From assembly GCF_009914755.1 (NCBI RefSeq), contig NC_060936.1: DNA of 64,000 nt. One strand, written 5' to 3'. The position numbers and the translations under genes are program-made. The DNA is from the human T2T-CHM13v2.0 reference genome, Homo sapiens. The notes beneath the pieces were generated by a model. That model saw only the letters and a program-made list of their open reading frames with translations, made no database searches and was not told the origin of the DNA. Below, one piece after another: positions 63,508 through 64,000 of this stretch; position 1 is the first letter of the stretch, and every line of letters starts with the position of its first letter.

Positions 63508-64000
63508 TTAGGTCTCCGATGTTCACTTCTTTTACTGTTAAACTTAACAAGTTTAATGATTCACAAAGTGACCCTACGGTTACATCTTTCCATTCCTTTG
63601 CAAATACGTGAGAAGCAAATGGCTTAGAGGCAATAAACTAAGAAAGGAGAAGCAGATGGTCTGCATAACTTTCACAGAAGACAGCTAATACTTGGGGATC
63701 ACTAATAGCATTTATTCTACTGCTATAGCCTTACACATCCTAAGCAATCTACTCAGTGAAAACCACCTTCCATCCAAATGATACAATGAAATGGGAGACT
63801 CAACTTAGGAAACAGAAGTTACAACACAGATGAATTATCTACATTCAAAAGAGGGCTTTTATCTGTAGAATAGTAAATTACAGCTTCCATCAATTCTGTG
63901 AATTCAATACTCCCCACCAGAAGATTCCCATGTCGAAAGAGAGGTCTCTTTTCAGATTTCTAGTGATTCAAAGACATCTATCTATATTTGGAATTATAAT

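Overview
Primate (almost certainly human) genomic DNA, AT-rich and repeat-dense, carrying the vascular/cardiac K-ATP channel gene pair on the minus strand. KCNJ8 (Kir6.1) is complete: a non-coding exon 1 ending at 15228, coding exons 14298-13925 and 7305-6405 (424 aa), and a CpG-island promoter at about 15.2-15.8 kb. Upstream lies the 3' end of ABCC9 (SUR2): eight constitutive coding exons between 58942 and 46682 (last TM helices plus NBD2), then the alternative C-terminal exons 38A (SUR2A, 45995-45858) and 38B (SUR2B, 41865-41728). The rest is mostly transposon-derived: a near full-length Tigger1 with a nested MER1B, a full-length decayed L1PA7-like element, a twin-primed (5'-inverted) L1PA2-like insertion 1.8 kb past the SUR2B stop, truncated L1s, Alus, MaLR/ERVL solo LTRs, MADE1, MER30, MER33, MIR and L2. 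No CRISPR, rRNA or tRNA was seen, and I cannot support a wholly new gene. The best leads are regulatory: a two-uORF, ATF4-like KCNJ8 leader in which the first stop codon is created by splicing; the splice/poly(A)/NMD geometry and RBFOX/QKI motifs around exon 38A; an open ORF0-like frame in the old L1; and several inverted transposon pairs. Repeat subfamily names and exon numbers come from recalled consensus sequences, not from a search.
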